Counted from the first letter of the stretch, positions 9,901-17,659 are shown. The stretch: 39,966 bases of DNA from Magnetospirillum sp. (GCA_016195125.1 JACQAD010000083.1:1-39966); one strand, 5' to 3'. Numbers and translations are program-made. Notes: generated by a model not told the origin, from the sequence alone.

Positions 9901-10158
9901 TTCGTGGGGGGAATAGCCGAAGAAGGCGGGATCGAAGCAATCATGCTCGGGGATCAGGAAGGCGGCCTTGACGTAATCGGGATCACGCAGGCGGGCCGGA
10001 TCGACCCCCGCCTCCAGCATCTGGGCATCGGAGAGGAAGGTAACGGCCTCGACGCCATCGAGCAGATTACGCCAATAGGCGCGCCAGTCAGCGGCACCGG
10101 CAAAGCGGCAAGCCATGCCGATGATGGCGATGTCCAAGGGCGTGCGTCGACCGTTCAT
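3991..10158 (-). CDS. Single-module type I polyketide synthase KS-AT-DH-KR-ACP-TE
   Basis: KS: TACSTSL, HGTGT, NIGH. AT: GQGAQ, GHSVG, HAFHS (malonyl-type). DH: HRVHGAIVLP, HPALLD. KR: TGGLGALG, LDD (B-type), YTTGN. ACP: GLDSL. TE: FPFAGG, GHCLG, GDP, GTHY. Start set at ATG 10158, just after the upstream stop; the ORF track extends to 10233. Confidence 0.95.
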   Translation of the reverse strand: MNGRRTPLDIAIIGMACRFAGAADWRAYWRNLLDGVEAVTFLSDAQMLEAGVDPARLRDPDYVKAAFLIPEHDCFDPAFFGYSPHEARLIDPQQRHLLEVAWEAFEDAGYPPGGDHGAVGVYAATGSVVTNYMMNELADHPDSRGATASLLHIGNDKDFAGTRVSFKLNLTGPSLNVQTACSTSLVLVHLAVNAIRNGECAMAMAAAGTMRVPHAAGYMGVKGSIFSPDGHIRTFDAEAGGTVFSSGIAAMLFKSLDQALADGDHIYGVIRGTALNNDGGRKASYAGTSVRGQTDVMTAALAQSGFDPASIGYVECHGTGTAIGDPREFTALQRAFDGDGRRDKCPIGSAKPNIGHSEQSAGLASMIKTALAMGEGMIPPTINFQKPNPRLKIDSTSFFVNTETRPWPSPLGHPRRALVNSLGIGGTNAVAVMEQAPESRPRSGAPERPYHLFVLSAKSAPALDANAARHRARAEADPALSLADTCHTMAVGRVHFDHRFAVTVSSPAELAARLADFKADPKAARRQSQPRRIAFLFSGQGAQMAGMGRELYRIEPDFKAALDRAAAALSPHLDRPLLEILFEDGELIHQTGYTQPCLFAVEWALAEMLGGWGIKPEAVCGHSVGEFAAAVIAGIYSLDDAARLVCTRGRMMQALPAGGGMVAVFAEEAVVAQALAAADPARLGIAAVNGPQGIVISGAAEALAPVVAALEAQGIATRALTVSHAFHSPLMDAALPELERAAAAAEAKAPKLAWVSTLTGQSKKEAPDPRYWCEQARQAVRFADAVQALAASGIKDFVEIGPGGALLALGRANVAAEGLNWLPTLGKGGAESRTLLDTMAALYRAGHDPDWAAFDAPFDLRRLSLPTYAFQHERVWATKDYQPVGGRPPVRAIAAGLLGNRLRSPLAAAQYETVLSCERFGWLGDHRVHGAIVLPTTAGLVAALEGARDKLGDGPLEISQFSHGDALVLGDDEERLGHMVIEPDAEGAGFHLSSQGAEEDEWRTHMRGRLRAANGAKTAAFDAKALKRRCSFPVKADSYYAGMKSLGLGYGASFRAIESLWRGEGEALARIRLPDQVAPLGNGIMHPALLDACLHVYPAVIEEHGDFTQPPPEGSLAHLPLGLERFTGARTEEREAWVHARRRKPNGHDPDITIIDISAFDSDGRPMAAFEGLAVKKLPASLFKPGQGEGGWLYGPRWDEVALPQVTAKASGPVTWLVLGGDGYAGKVQAALARTGAACRLVPAAQCPDSVEGFGALLSGFAAEAGAGRAGIVHLGGLDCGAEESWSDEAAQQRLYGSVLALARALGAGRTAFLVAPKLFLVSRNAISAQGTEPPVNVLGAGLWGFGRSLSLEAPALWGGLIDVEEGGDDAALLAAQLGAEDNESQVALRGGRRLCARLARMPRPSRRAATPEGGTYVVTGGLGALGIEVAEWLARSRQAAHLVLVSRQGDKAANAAAVRARLEGLGAKVTIARADTSREADVAKLLAKHKAGLRGIYHSAGVLDDGLVDQMDWGRFRKVLAPKLDAAWWLHKHSRDLALTDFVLFSSVLSVIGSAGQSNYTTGNACLDALAAHRRRRGLPALSVNWGAWASAGMADGLEAVWRTRGITYIQPDLGHEAFAALFDGDAAQAVVIPVDWPTFLRQFQVPPRFFSLLQGNAVGGLAADIEELKRQMETGDPVRRRGAITDFLARQVMATLGMSQKVEPDRPLRELGLDSLMSVTLINRVESATGIRIPAVKLIKGPSIDELVADVWPDLAEVTTAPAMAEPESVAEAPRPKPAPAAKAGRWLVTVAPRANPRFRIFCFPFAGGGSAAFQAWSATTDPAIEVIAVEPPGRLARISETPVRDMEVFVDHVIDEMEETGKLDLPFALFGHCLGGLTLYEVARTLIHETEYKPRHLFCSGARCPDRVRIIGSFEKDLALHLAAMPGYQPRLPPYRQPDPIFAEIIRQFDMAASDQFLDDPELRKLMLPAVRAEFEMTSKYRYVPEKPWDIPITCFVSKGDPYVSRQDILGWGRFTNSRMQVYMREGTHYSIFEDAAFIQRVIGRELMAPPS

Positions 10159-10174
10159 GGCTAAGAATCCGCTC

Positions 10175-10552
10175 TCACCATTCCTTGTCCTCGTCGTCAC
10201 CTTCGTCGGCGGCCATGAAGCCGCCACAGACATTCATCTCGCGCAAGCGGCCCAGGGCACGCTCGAATACCTCCTGCATGGCGGTGAGATAATCCAGCCA
10301 GGTCTCGATCGCCCACATCATCAGCTGCAATTGAAAATTGGCCACGCCGCCACCGGGCATGCCGCCGCCCATGGCCATGATCAAGGGCAGCATCTGCATG
10401 ATCTGGGCTGGCCCGAACCCGCCGCCGAAACCGCCGCCGAACCCCTGGGCGAAGCCTTGCCCCCGGCCAAATCCACTCGCATTACGAGCTTTTTCCCGTG
10501 ACTTTTTTCTTTTTTTTCTAATATCGTCGCCAGAACTATCTCCGGGAGCCAT
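10175..10552 (-). CDS. Small hypothetical protein: basic N-terminus, Gly/Phe repeats, Met-rich helix, acidic tail
   Basis: ORF ends 16 nt before the PKS start. ATG 10552 is preceded by aagg; alternative starts at 10576 and 10588. Confidence 0.6.
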   Translation of the reverse strand: MAPGDSSGDDIRKKRKKSREKARNASGFGRGQGFAQGFGGGFGGGFGPAQIMQMLPLIMAMGGGMPGGGVANFQLQLMMWAIETWLDYLTAMQEVFERALGRLREMNVCGGFMAADEGDDEDKEW

Positions 10553-10859
10553 GCCTTCAGTTGAATTATCTCGCATTTTAACCACCATCCGCCAACGAGT
10601 GTCGTTCCAGATATCATAGTGAACTAATCAACGTCTATTCATTGATAATGCCAGCCCTATGCTTTTTGCGGCCTCGGGTTATCACCTGATGGCCCATGAC
10701 AGCGGTTGTCGGGCACAATTCTTTCAGGCTCGCCTCGAACGAATGGTTGAGGCAATTGAACATCGGGCTAAACCAACGTAGGCTTAGCGCCGGGAACGGC
10801 CATGTGAAGAGGGCGCACCGGGCCATGAGACGTTCCTTGTGGGTGGAGCCAAGTCTCGA

Positions 10860-13800
10860 ATGAGTGTTCTTTCCGGATTCAGAGCCGCCGAGATCGTGCG
10901 AGCCGATGCCGAGGTTTCGCTGACTCGTGGCGTGGCCGGCGATGGCGCAAGATTGCTGGTCTTGACGCCGGTCTCCGATCAACCCTTGCCCGCCACCATC
11001 GATCGCCTGGACCACGAATTCTCGCTGCGAGCCGAACTTGAGGCCGAATGGGCGGCAATTCCCCTGGCCCTCGATCAGATCGGCGGGCGCTTGGCCCTGG
11101 TCCTGGCCGATCCCGGCGGCACGCCCCTGAGCCGCTTGATCAGCGCACGTCCCGGCGTGGCCCGCGCCACCGAGATCAGCCGCTGCCTGCGACTGGCGGT
11201 GACGGCGGCCCAGGCCCTGGCCAGGGTCCACGGCAAGGGCATCATCCACAAGGACGTCAACCCCGCCAACATCCTGGTGGACCCGGAGGGCAAATCCGCC
11301 CACCTCACCGGCTTCGGCATCGCCTCGCGCCTGATCCGCGAGCAGCGCCACAACGACGCCATGGAAACGGTGGCGGGCACCTTCGCCTATATGGCGCCCG
11401 AGCAGACCGGCCGCATGAACCGCTCGGTGGACTGGCGCAGCGATCTCTATTCCCTGGGCGCCACCTGCTACGAATTGTTCACCGGCAGCCTGCCGTTTTC
11501 CGCGAGCGACCCGGGGGAATGGGTTCATTGCCACATCGCCCGCAAGGCGATACCGCCCGCGGAGCGCGCCAGCGGCATCCCCGAGCAGGTCTCGGCCATC
11601 ATCATGAAGCTGCTGGCCAAGACCGCCGAGGATCGCTACCAGACCGCCACCGGGGCCGCCGCCGATTTCCAGCGCTGCCTGACCGAGTGGGAACGAAGCG
11701 GCCGCATCGAACCCTTCGCCCTGGCCGAACATGACCGCTCCGGCCAGCTCACCATCCCGGAACGCCTGTATGGCCGCGCGCGGGAATCGGCCACCTTGCT
11801 GGATTCCTTTGCTCGCGTCTCCGAGACCGGCACACCGGAACTGGTCCTGGTATCTGGCTATTCCGGGGTCGGCAAATCGGCCCTGGTCAATCAGATCCAC
11901 CCCGCCATGGTCGAGCGGGACGGTATGTTCGGGTCGGGCAAGTTCGACCAGCACAAGCGCGACATCCCCTACGCCACCTTCGCCCAGGCCTTCCACTCCC
12001 TGATCCGCCAGATTCTGTCCTCGTCGGAATCCGATATCCGACGCTGGTGCGAGGCCTTTCTGGATGCGCTGGGCCCCAACGGCCGCCAGATCATCGAGCT
12101 GATCCCCCAATTGGAGCTGGTGGTGGGCGAGCAGCCGCCCATGGTGGAATTGCCCCCCGGCGAGGCCCAGGTCCGCTTCCTGTCGGCATTCCGCCGCTTC
12201 GTCTCGGTGCTGGCACGCCCCGAACAGCCGCTGGTCCTGTTCCTCGACGACATGCAATGGATGGACAACGGCAGCATGAAGCTGCTGGAGCATCTGATGA
12301 CCAGCCCCGATGTCCGGCATTTGCTGGTCATCGGCAGCTACCGCGACAACGAGGTGGATTCCTCCCATCCGCTGATGCTGTCCATCGACGCGGTACGCAA
12401 GGGTGGACGACGGATCAGCGACATCGTCCTTGCCCCGCTGTCGGCGGACGATCTCAGCCGGATGGTGGCCGACACCCTGCGCTGCTCGCCCGAGCAGGCG
12501 GCCCCCCTGGTCCGGTTGATCCACCAAAAGACCGCCGGCAATCCGTTCTTCACCATCCAGTTCCTGACCACCTTGGTGGAAGATCGGCTGCTGGCCTACG
12601 ACCCGGCTCAGGATGCCTGGACCTGGGACATCGAGCGCATCGGCGCCATGGGCTTTTCCGACAACGTGGTCATGCTGATGGCCGCCAAGTTGCGGCGCCT
12701 GCCCGAGACCGACCAGGCCGAACTGCGCCGCATCGCCTGCCTGGGCAATGGCGCCAGTCTCGCCCTGTTGGGCCTGGTCTACGACCGTACCGAGCAGCAA
12801 TGCCTGGACGAGACCGAGGAAGCGGTGCGGAGCGGATTCCTGATCCGCAGCGGCGACCGGCTGGTCTTCGCCCATGACCGTATCCAGGAGGCGGCCTACC
12901 TCTCCATCCCCATCGCCGAGATGGTGGCATCCCATCTGCACATCGGACGGCGGATGATGGAACGGCTGAGCGCCGACGAGATCGAGGAGAACCTGTTCGA
13001 TCTGGTCCACCACCTCAATCTCGGCCGCCAGCTGCTGACCGGCGCCGACGAACGCGAGGCCATCGCCCGCTTCAATGCCGAGGCCGGGCGCAAGGCCAAA
13101 TCCTCTTCGGCCAATGCCTCGGCCCGCTCCTATTTCGCCCAGGCGCGGGCCTTGCTTTCCCCCGATTGCTGGGAGCGGAGCCACGACGAGACCTTCCGGC
13201 TCTACCTGGATCTGTCCGAGTGCGAATATCTGGTGGGCAACCACGAGCAGGCGGACGAGTTGTTCAACCTGCTGCTGGCCAAGGCGCGCTCCGAGGATCA
13301 GACCGCCCAGGTCTGGCGTCTGCGGTTCCGCATGTTCATGGTGTCGGGACGCTATGGCGACGCCGTCGCCGTGGCCATCACGGCCCTGGGGCAATTCGGC
13401 CTGACCTGCCCTGAAAACGAGGCCGAGACTGCCATCGCCGTGGATAATGCCCGCCGGGAAATGGCCGAGCATCTGAAAGGCCGCCACATCGCCGGTCTGG
13501 CCGACTTGCCGGAATGTTCGATTCCGGCGGTCCGCGCCCTGATCGGCCTGATCGCCGACGCCATTCCGGCGGTCTATCACGTGCGCCCGCTGCTCTATCC
13601 CTTTCTGGGCCTGAGCGGCATCAATCTGTCGCTGCGCCATGGCCTCACCGAGGATTCCTGCGCCGCCTTTTCCGGCTATTCAGTGTCTCTGGTCGGACGT
13701 TTCGAAGACTTCCGCACCGGGCTGGAATTCTCGGAACTGGCTTTGCAATTGGGGGAGCGCTACTCGGGGACGCCGCTGCGCGGTACCTTGCTGTTCCGCT

Positions 13801-16745
13801 ACGGCTATTTCGTGTCACCATGGAGCAAGCCCATCGCCACCATCATGCCGGTGCTGGAGGAAACCTTCCGCACCTGCCTGGATACCGGCAATCTGATCTA
13901 TGCCGCCTATGTGGCCTACGCCTCGGGCTGGATGCTGTTCGAAAAGGGTGAGCCGCTGGACGCGGTGCTGACCCACATGCACAAATATGCGCCCTTCGCC
14001 CGCAATTCGCGGATTCCCTTCGCCATCTTGATGCTGCGGCTGCAAGAGCTGTTCATCGCCGAATTGCAGGGCATCACCCTGGAGATCAATGACGGCGTCG
14101 CCGGCGAGGACAGCGCCGAGAAATCCTATGACGCCCTGGTCGGCACCGCCCATGGCTATGGCATCGCCTTCTATCACGTGATCCGGCAGATCACGCCCTA
14201 TCTGATGGGACGGTTCGAGGATTCCCTGGCCGCCTCCCACGAGACGGCGCCCATGCTGCCCAAGATCTCGTCCTCGGTGATCGAATCCTCGCACCATTTC
14301 TACGGCGCCCTGGCCATCACCGCCCTTTACCCCAATGCCGATGAAGCCCGCCGCGCCCAGCTCGACGACTGGCTGGCCGAACATCGGCGCAAGCTGACCC
14401 TGTGGGCCGCCAATTGCGCCGAGACCTTCGCCGCCCGCGCCATGCTGGTCGAGGCGGAAATCGCCGCCATCGGCAATCGCCACAACGAGGCCATGCGCCT
14501 TTACGAAGATGCCATCCTGGCGGCGCGTGAATACGGCCAGCTTCATTGCGAGGCGATCGCCAACGAGCGCGCCGGCCACTTCTGCCTTGATCAGGGCCTG
14601 CCCAGCATCGCCGAAACCTATATGCGCAATGCCCGCTATTGCTATGCCCGCTGGGGAGCCCAGGCCAAGGTCAAGCTGCTGGACCAGCAATTTCCCCGCC
14701 TGGCCGAGGGCGCGCAGTCCAATGCCGCCGCCGCCGCGCTGATCTATAGCGGCCACGCCGACGGGCTGGACCTGATGACCGTCATCAAGGCCCAGCAGGC
14801 GGTATCGGGCGAGATCGTCCTGAGCAAGCTGGTGGAATCCCTGCTGCGCATCGTGGTCGAGCATGCCGGTGCCGATCGCGGCCTGTTGATCCTGCGCCAT
14901 GGCGACAGTGTTCGAATCGAGGCCGAGGCCACAATCGAGGGCGACCGCATCGAGGTGGTCAGCTGCGCCGCGCCGCCCACTTCCGACGATCTGCCGCAAT
15001 CGGTGCTGCAATACGTCACCCGCACCCGCGACCGGGTGGTCATCGACAATGCCGCCAATCCCAATACCTTCATTACCGAAGGCTATGCCGGACGAACCGG
15101 GGTCAAGTCCATCCTGTGCCTGCCCGTGGTCACCCATGGCGCGCTGTCGGCGGTGCTTTACCTGGAGAACCGGCTGGCGGCGGGAGCCTTCACCCGCAAC
15201 CGTATCGCGGTGCTCGACCTGCTGGCCACCCAGGCCTCCATCTCCCTGGAAAACGCCCTTCTCTACACCGAAATGGAAGAGCGGGTCCGCGATCGCACCG
15301 GCGAATTGGCCGCCTCGCTGGAGACGGTCAAGACCAAGAGCGATCAGGTTTCGGCCCTGCTGGACAATTCCGGCCAGGGCTTCTTGTCCTTCCGCGGTGA
15401 TCTTTTGGTCGAACCGGAATTCAGCCACGCCTGCCTGACCTTCTTCGGCGGCTCGCCGGCCGGCAAGCCGGTGGACCTGTTGCTGTTCTCGGGCGACGAC
15501 CATGCCCGTGATACGCTGAGAGCCTGTATCGAGGAGGCCCTGGACGAGGAGGATCCCGATCGCTGCGAGCTGTATCTGTCGCTGCTGCCCGAGGAAATCA
15601 CCATCGCCGAGCGGGTTCTGAAGGCCGAGTTCAAGCCCCTGAACCAGGCCATCATGGTGGTGCTGACCGATATCACCGGTGAAAAAGCCCTGGCCGCTCA
15701 GGTGGCGCGCGAGCGGATACGCCTCGAAATGATCGTGTCGGCGGTCACCTACGGCAACGATTTCTTCGATGCCGTGGCCGAATTCGCCAGCTTTGCCCAG
15801 GATGGTCCGGGAATGTGGCGCGGCCGCGATCGGGCCGTGCTCTACCGCACGATCCACACCTTCAAGGGCACCTTCAACCAGTTGGGCTTCCACCACCTGC
15901 CCGCCATCCTGCACGACGTCGAATCCTCGCTGCAGCGCCTGGGCGACCGGGCCAGCGGCGCCGATGCCGCCACCATGGTCTTCGCCCACGACTGGCAAAG
16001 CATCCTCAACGACGACCTGGAAACCGTGCGCGAGGCCCTGGGCGACGATTTCATGATGCGCCGTGGCGTGGTCACCGTTTCGCCGGAACAGGCCAAGCGC
16101 TTCGAGCGCTTTGCCCGAGGCCTGCTCGACGAGAACGAAGTTCCGTCCGTCATCGAGGAAATCGCCGCCATCCGCACCATCTCGCTGCGGCAATCCCTGG
16201 CCGAGTTCGACAAGATGATCCATCAGATCTCGGCGCGCCTGGAGAAGGAAGTGGCGCCGCTGGTGGTGGGCGGCGACGACGTGCGCATCGACCCCGACGT
16301 GTTCGGGCCGTTCCTGCGCTCGCTGGGTCACGTTTTCCGCAACGCCATCGACCACGGCATCGAAGACCCGGATTCCCGTCTGGCCGCCGGCAAGAGCGAA
16401 GTGGGCTCCATCACCTGCGACATCGTCAGGGAGGGGGATCTTCTGGACATCAAGATCGCCGATGACGGCGCCGGCATCGACGTCGATACCCTGCGCCGCC
16501 GCGCCGCCGAGATCACCGCCCAGGACGTCAGCGGCTGGGATCTGACCGATCTGGTCTTCGCCGACGGCCTCAGTATCCGGAGCGAAGCCACCGAACTGTC
16601 CGGGCGCGGTGTCGGCATGACCGCGGTTCGCGCCAGTGTCGAGGATTTGGGCGGCAAGGTCTGCATCCATTCCGAGCCCGGTCACGGCACATCCTTCAGC
16701 TTCCGCATCCCCTTTCCCCCGCCAGCTGACGGCCGCAATCCATGA
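10860..16745 (+). CDS. Multidomain sensor: Ser/Thr kinase-like domain, STAND/AAA ATPase, helical region, GAF, PAS-like, Hpt and CheA-type HATPase
   Basis: Kinase: IIHKDVNPANIL, LTGFG, GTFAYMAPEQ, SDLYSLG. Walker A GYSGVGKS; Walker B LFLDD. GAF: KSILCLP...LYLEN. PAS-like: LDNSGQGFL. Hpt: IHTFKG. HATPase: RNAIDHGIE, DDGAGID, SGRGVGM. ATG 10860 with SD ggag. Confidence 0.9.
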   Translation: MSVLSGFRAAEIVRADAEVSLTRGVAGDGARLLVLTPVSDQPLPATIDRLDHEFSLRAELEAEWAAIPLALDQIGGRLALVLADPGGTPLSRLISARPGVARATEISRCLRLAVTAAQALARVHGKGIIHKDVNPANILVDPEGKSAHLTGFGIASRLIREQRHNDAMETVAGTFAYMAPEQTGRMNRSVDWRSDLYSLGATCYELFTGSLPFSASDPGEWVHCHIARKAIPPAERASGIPEQVSAIIMKLLAKTAEDRYQTATGAAADFQRCLTEWERSGRIEPFALAEHDRSGQLTIPERLYGRARESATLLDSFARVSETGTPELVLVSGYSGVGKSALVNQIHPAMVERDGMFGSGKFDQHKRDIPYATFAQAFHSLIRQILSSSESDIRRWCEAFLDALGPNGRQIIELIPQLELVVGEQPPMVELPPGEAQVRFLSAFRRFVSVLARPEQPLVLFLDDMQWMDNGSMKLLEHLMTSPDVRHLLVIGSYRDNEVDSSHPLMLSIDAVRKGGRRISDIVLAPLSADDLSRMVADTLRCSPEQAAPLVRLIHQKTAGNPFFTIQFLTTLVEDRLLAYDPAQDAWTWDIERIGAMGFSDNVVMLMAAKLRRLPETDQAELRRIACLGNGASLALLGLVYDRTEQQCLDETEEAVRSGFLIRSGDRLVFAHDRIQEAAYLSIPIAEMVASHLHIGRRMMERLSADEIEENLFDLVHHLNLGRQLLTGADEREAIARFNAEAGRKAKSSSANASARSYFAQARALLSPDCWERSHDETFRLYLDLSECEYLVGNHEQADELFNLLLAKARSEDQTAQVWRLRFRMFMVSGRYGDAVAVAITALGQFGLTCPENEAETAIAVDNARREMAEHLKGRHIAGLADLPECSIPAVRALIGLIADAIPAVYHVRPLLYPFLGLSGINLSLRHGLTEDSCAAFSGYSVSLVGRFEDFRTGLEFSELALQLGERYSGTPLRGTLLFRYGYFVSPWSKPIATIMPVLEETFRTCLDTGNLIYAAYVAYASGWMLFEKGEPLDAVLTHMHKYAPFARNSRIPFAILMLRLQELFIAELQGITLEINDGVAGEDSAEKSYDALVGTAHGYGIAFYHVIRQITPYLMGRFEDSLAASHETAPMLPKISSSVIESSHHFYGALAITALYPNADEARRAQLDDWLAEHRRKLTLWAANCAETFAARAMLVEAEIAAIGNRHNEAMRLYEDAILAAREYGQLHCEAIANERAGHFCLDQGLPSIAETYMRNARYCYARWGAQAKVKLLDQQFPRLAEGAQSNAAAAALIYSGHADGLDLMTVIKAQQAVSGEIVLSKLVESLLRIVVEHAGADRGLLILRHGDSVRIEAEATIEGDRIEVVSCAAPPTSDDLPQSVLQYVTRTRDRVVIDNAANPNTFITEGYAGRTGVKSILCLPVVTHGALSAVLYLENRLAAGAFTRNRIAVLDLLATQASISLENALLYTEMEERVRDRTGELAASLETVKTKSDQVSALLDNSGQGFLSFRGDLLVEPEFSHACLTFFGGSPAGKPVDLLLFSGDDHARDTLRACIEEALDEEDPDRCELYLSLLPEEITIAERVLKAEFKPLNQAIMVVLTDITGEKALAAQVARERIRLEMIVSAVTYGNDFFDAVAEFASFAQDGPGMWRGRDRAVLYRTIHTFKGTFNQLGFHHLPAILHDVESSLQRLGDRASGADAATMVFAHDWQSILNDDLETVREALGDDFMMRRGVVTVSPEQAKRFERFARGLLDENEVPSVIEEIAAIRTISLRQSLAEFDKMIHQISARLEKEVAPLVVGGDDVRIDPDVFGPFLRSLGHVFRNAIDHGIEDPDSRLAAGKSEVGSITCDIVREGDLLDIKIADDGAGIDVDTLRRRAAEITAQDVSGWDLTDLVFADGLSIRSEATELSGRGVGMTAVRASVEDLGGKVCIHSEPGHGTSFSFRIPFPPPADGRNP

Positions 16746-17659
16746 GCTTCAATCGTCTGAAATTTCCGCCGGCCATGGCGGCGGTCCTGACGCGCAGCCG
16801 GGACTACCTCCAAGAGGAGATCGGACTGAAGGTCGAGCGGGCTAAACCGCGTACCGGCAGCATGGATTCATTGCAATTGCGCGATGTCACCTCCGTGGTT
16901 CAAACCAGTGGTCCCATCCAGTTGCGGATCGCCTTCAGCTTCGACCGTTCGCTCCTCCAGCATATTCGCAGCGTGGTCACCGCCGGCCTGCACATCGCGC
17001 CCCATGAAAAGGAATTGTTCCTGCGCGAGACCGCCGGCGAGGTCGTCAACTCCATCCTGGGCCATGCCACCGCCGACCTTGCGGAGAAGGACAACGACGT
17101 CATCTTGTCGCCGCCGACAATTCTTGATGAAGGCAAGCTCATACATCGCCCCAAAAAGGCGATTTTTACCTCAATCGAAATGTCGACTGTTCGTGGTATA
17201 GCTGACATCAATTTCATCGGTCCGGCGGAGCTGTTCGATGGGGAACTGAATGTCTTGGGTGACGAGGAGAAAAAGGGGGAAGGCATGCACCCGTTGAAGG
17301 TCATGATCGTCGACGATTCGCTTCTGACCGTGCGCACACTGACCGGGATGCTCACCGAAATGGGACACCTGGTGGTACAGACCGCCGGCACAGGCGCCAA
17401 GGCGCGGGAGGTTTATGGCGAGGTCAAGCCCGATCTCGTCACCATGGATATCACCATGCCCGATATGGACGGTATCGAGGCGACCACCGCCATTCTGACC
17501 GACTTTCCCACCGCCAACATCATCATGGTCACCTCCCATGGTCAGCAAGGCATGGTGATGAAGGCGGTCAAGGCCGGAGCCAAGGGCTATGTCCTCAAGC
17601 CGATCAAGCCCGACAAGCTTCGGGACATGATCGCCCGCGTCTTCAAGACCTCGCCTTGA
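16742..17659 (+). CDS. CheX-like domain fused to a CheY-like receiver domain
   Basis: N-half has ETAGEVVNSILG and LSPPTIL; C-half has VMIVDDS, DLVTMDITMPDMDG, MVTS, YVLKP. ATGA overlap with the upstream gene. Confidence 0.88.
   Translation: MSFNRLKFPPAMAAVLTRSRDYLQEEIGLKVERAKPRTGSMDSLQLRDVTSVVQTSGPIQLRIAFSFDRSLLQHIRSVVTAGLHIAPHEKELFLRETAGEVVNSILGHATADLAEKDNDVILSPPTILDEGKLIHRPKKAIFTSIEMSTVRGIADINFIGPAELFDGELNVLGDEEKKGEGMHPLKVMIVDDSLLTVRTLTGMLTEMGHLVVQTAGTGAKAREVYGEVKPDLVTMDITMPDMDGIEATTAILTDFPTANIIMVTSHGQQGMVMKAVKAGAKGYVLKPIKPDKLRDMIARVFKTSP

Noticed and set aside
10175-10552. Mms6/magnetosome gene
   Set aside because: Only compositional resemblance; no mam/mms genes in the window.
10635-16685. 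Long minus-strand ORFs (1001 aa and 956 aa), and similar ones at 21648-24413, 25197-27512, 33167-36334 and 36331-39087
   Set aside because: Stop-poor antisense frames expected in high-GC coding DNA, with no motifs.
2909-16745. Anti-phage reading (patatin as a CBASS CapV effector, STAND as Avs)
   Set aside because: No CD-NTase or other defence genes; the patatin lacks catalytic motifs and is coupled to a PKS; the STAND protein has a GAF/His-kinase output.
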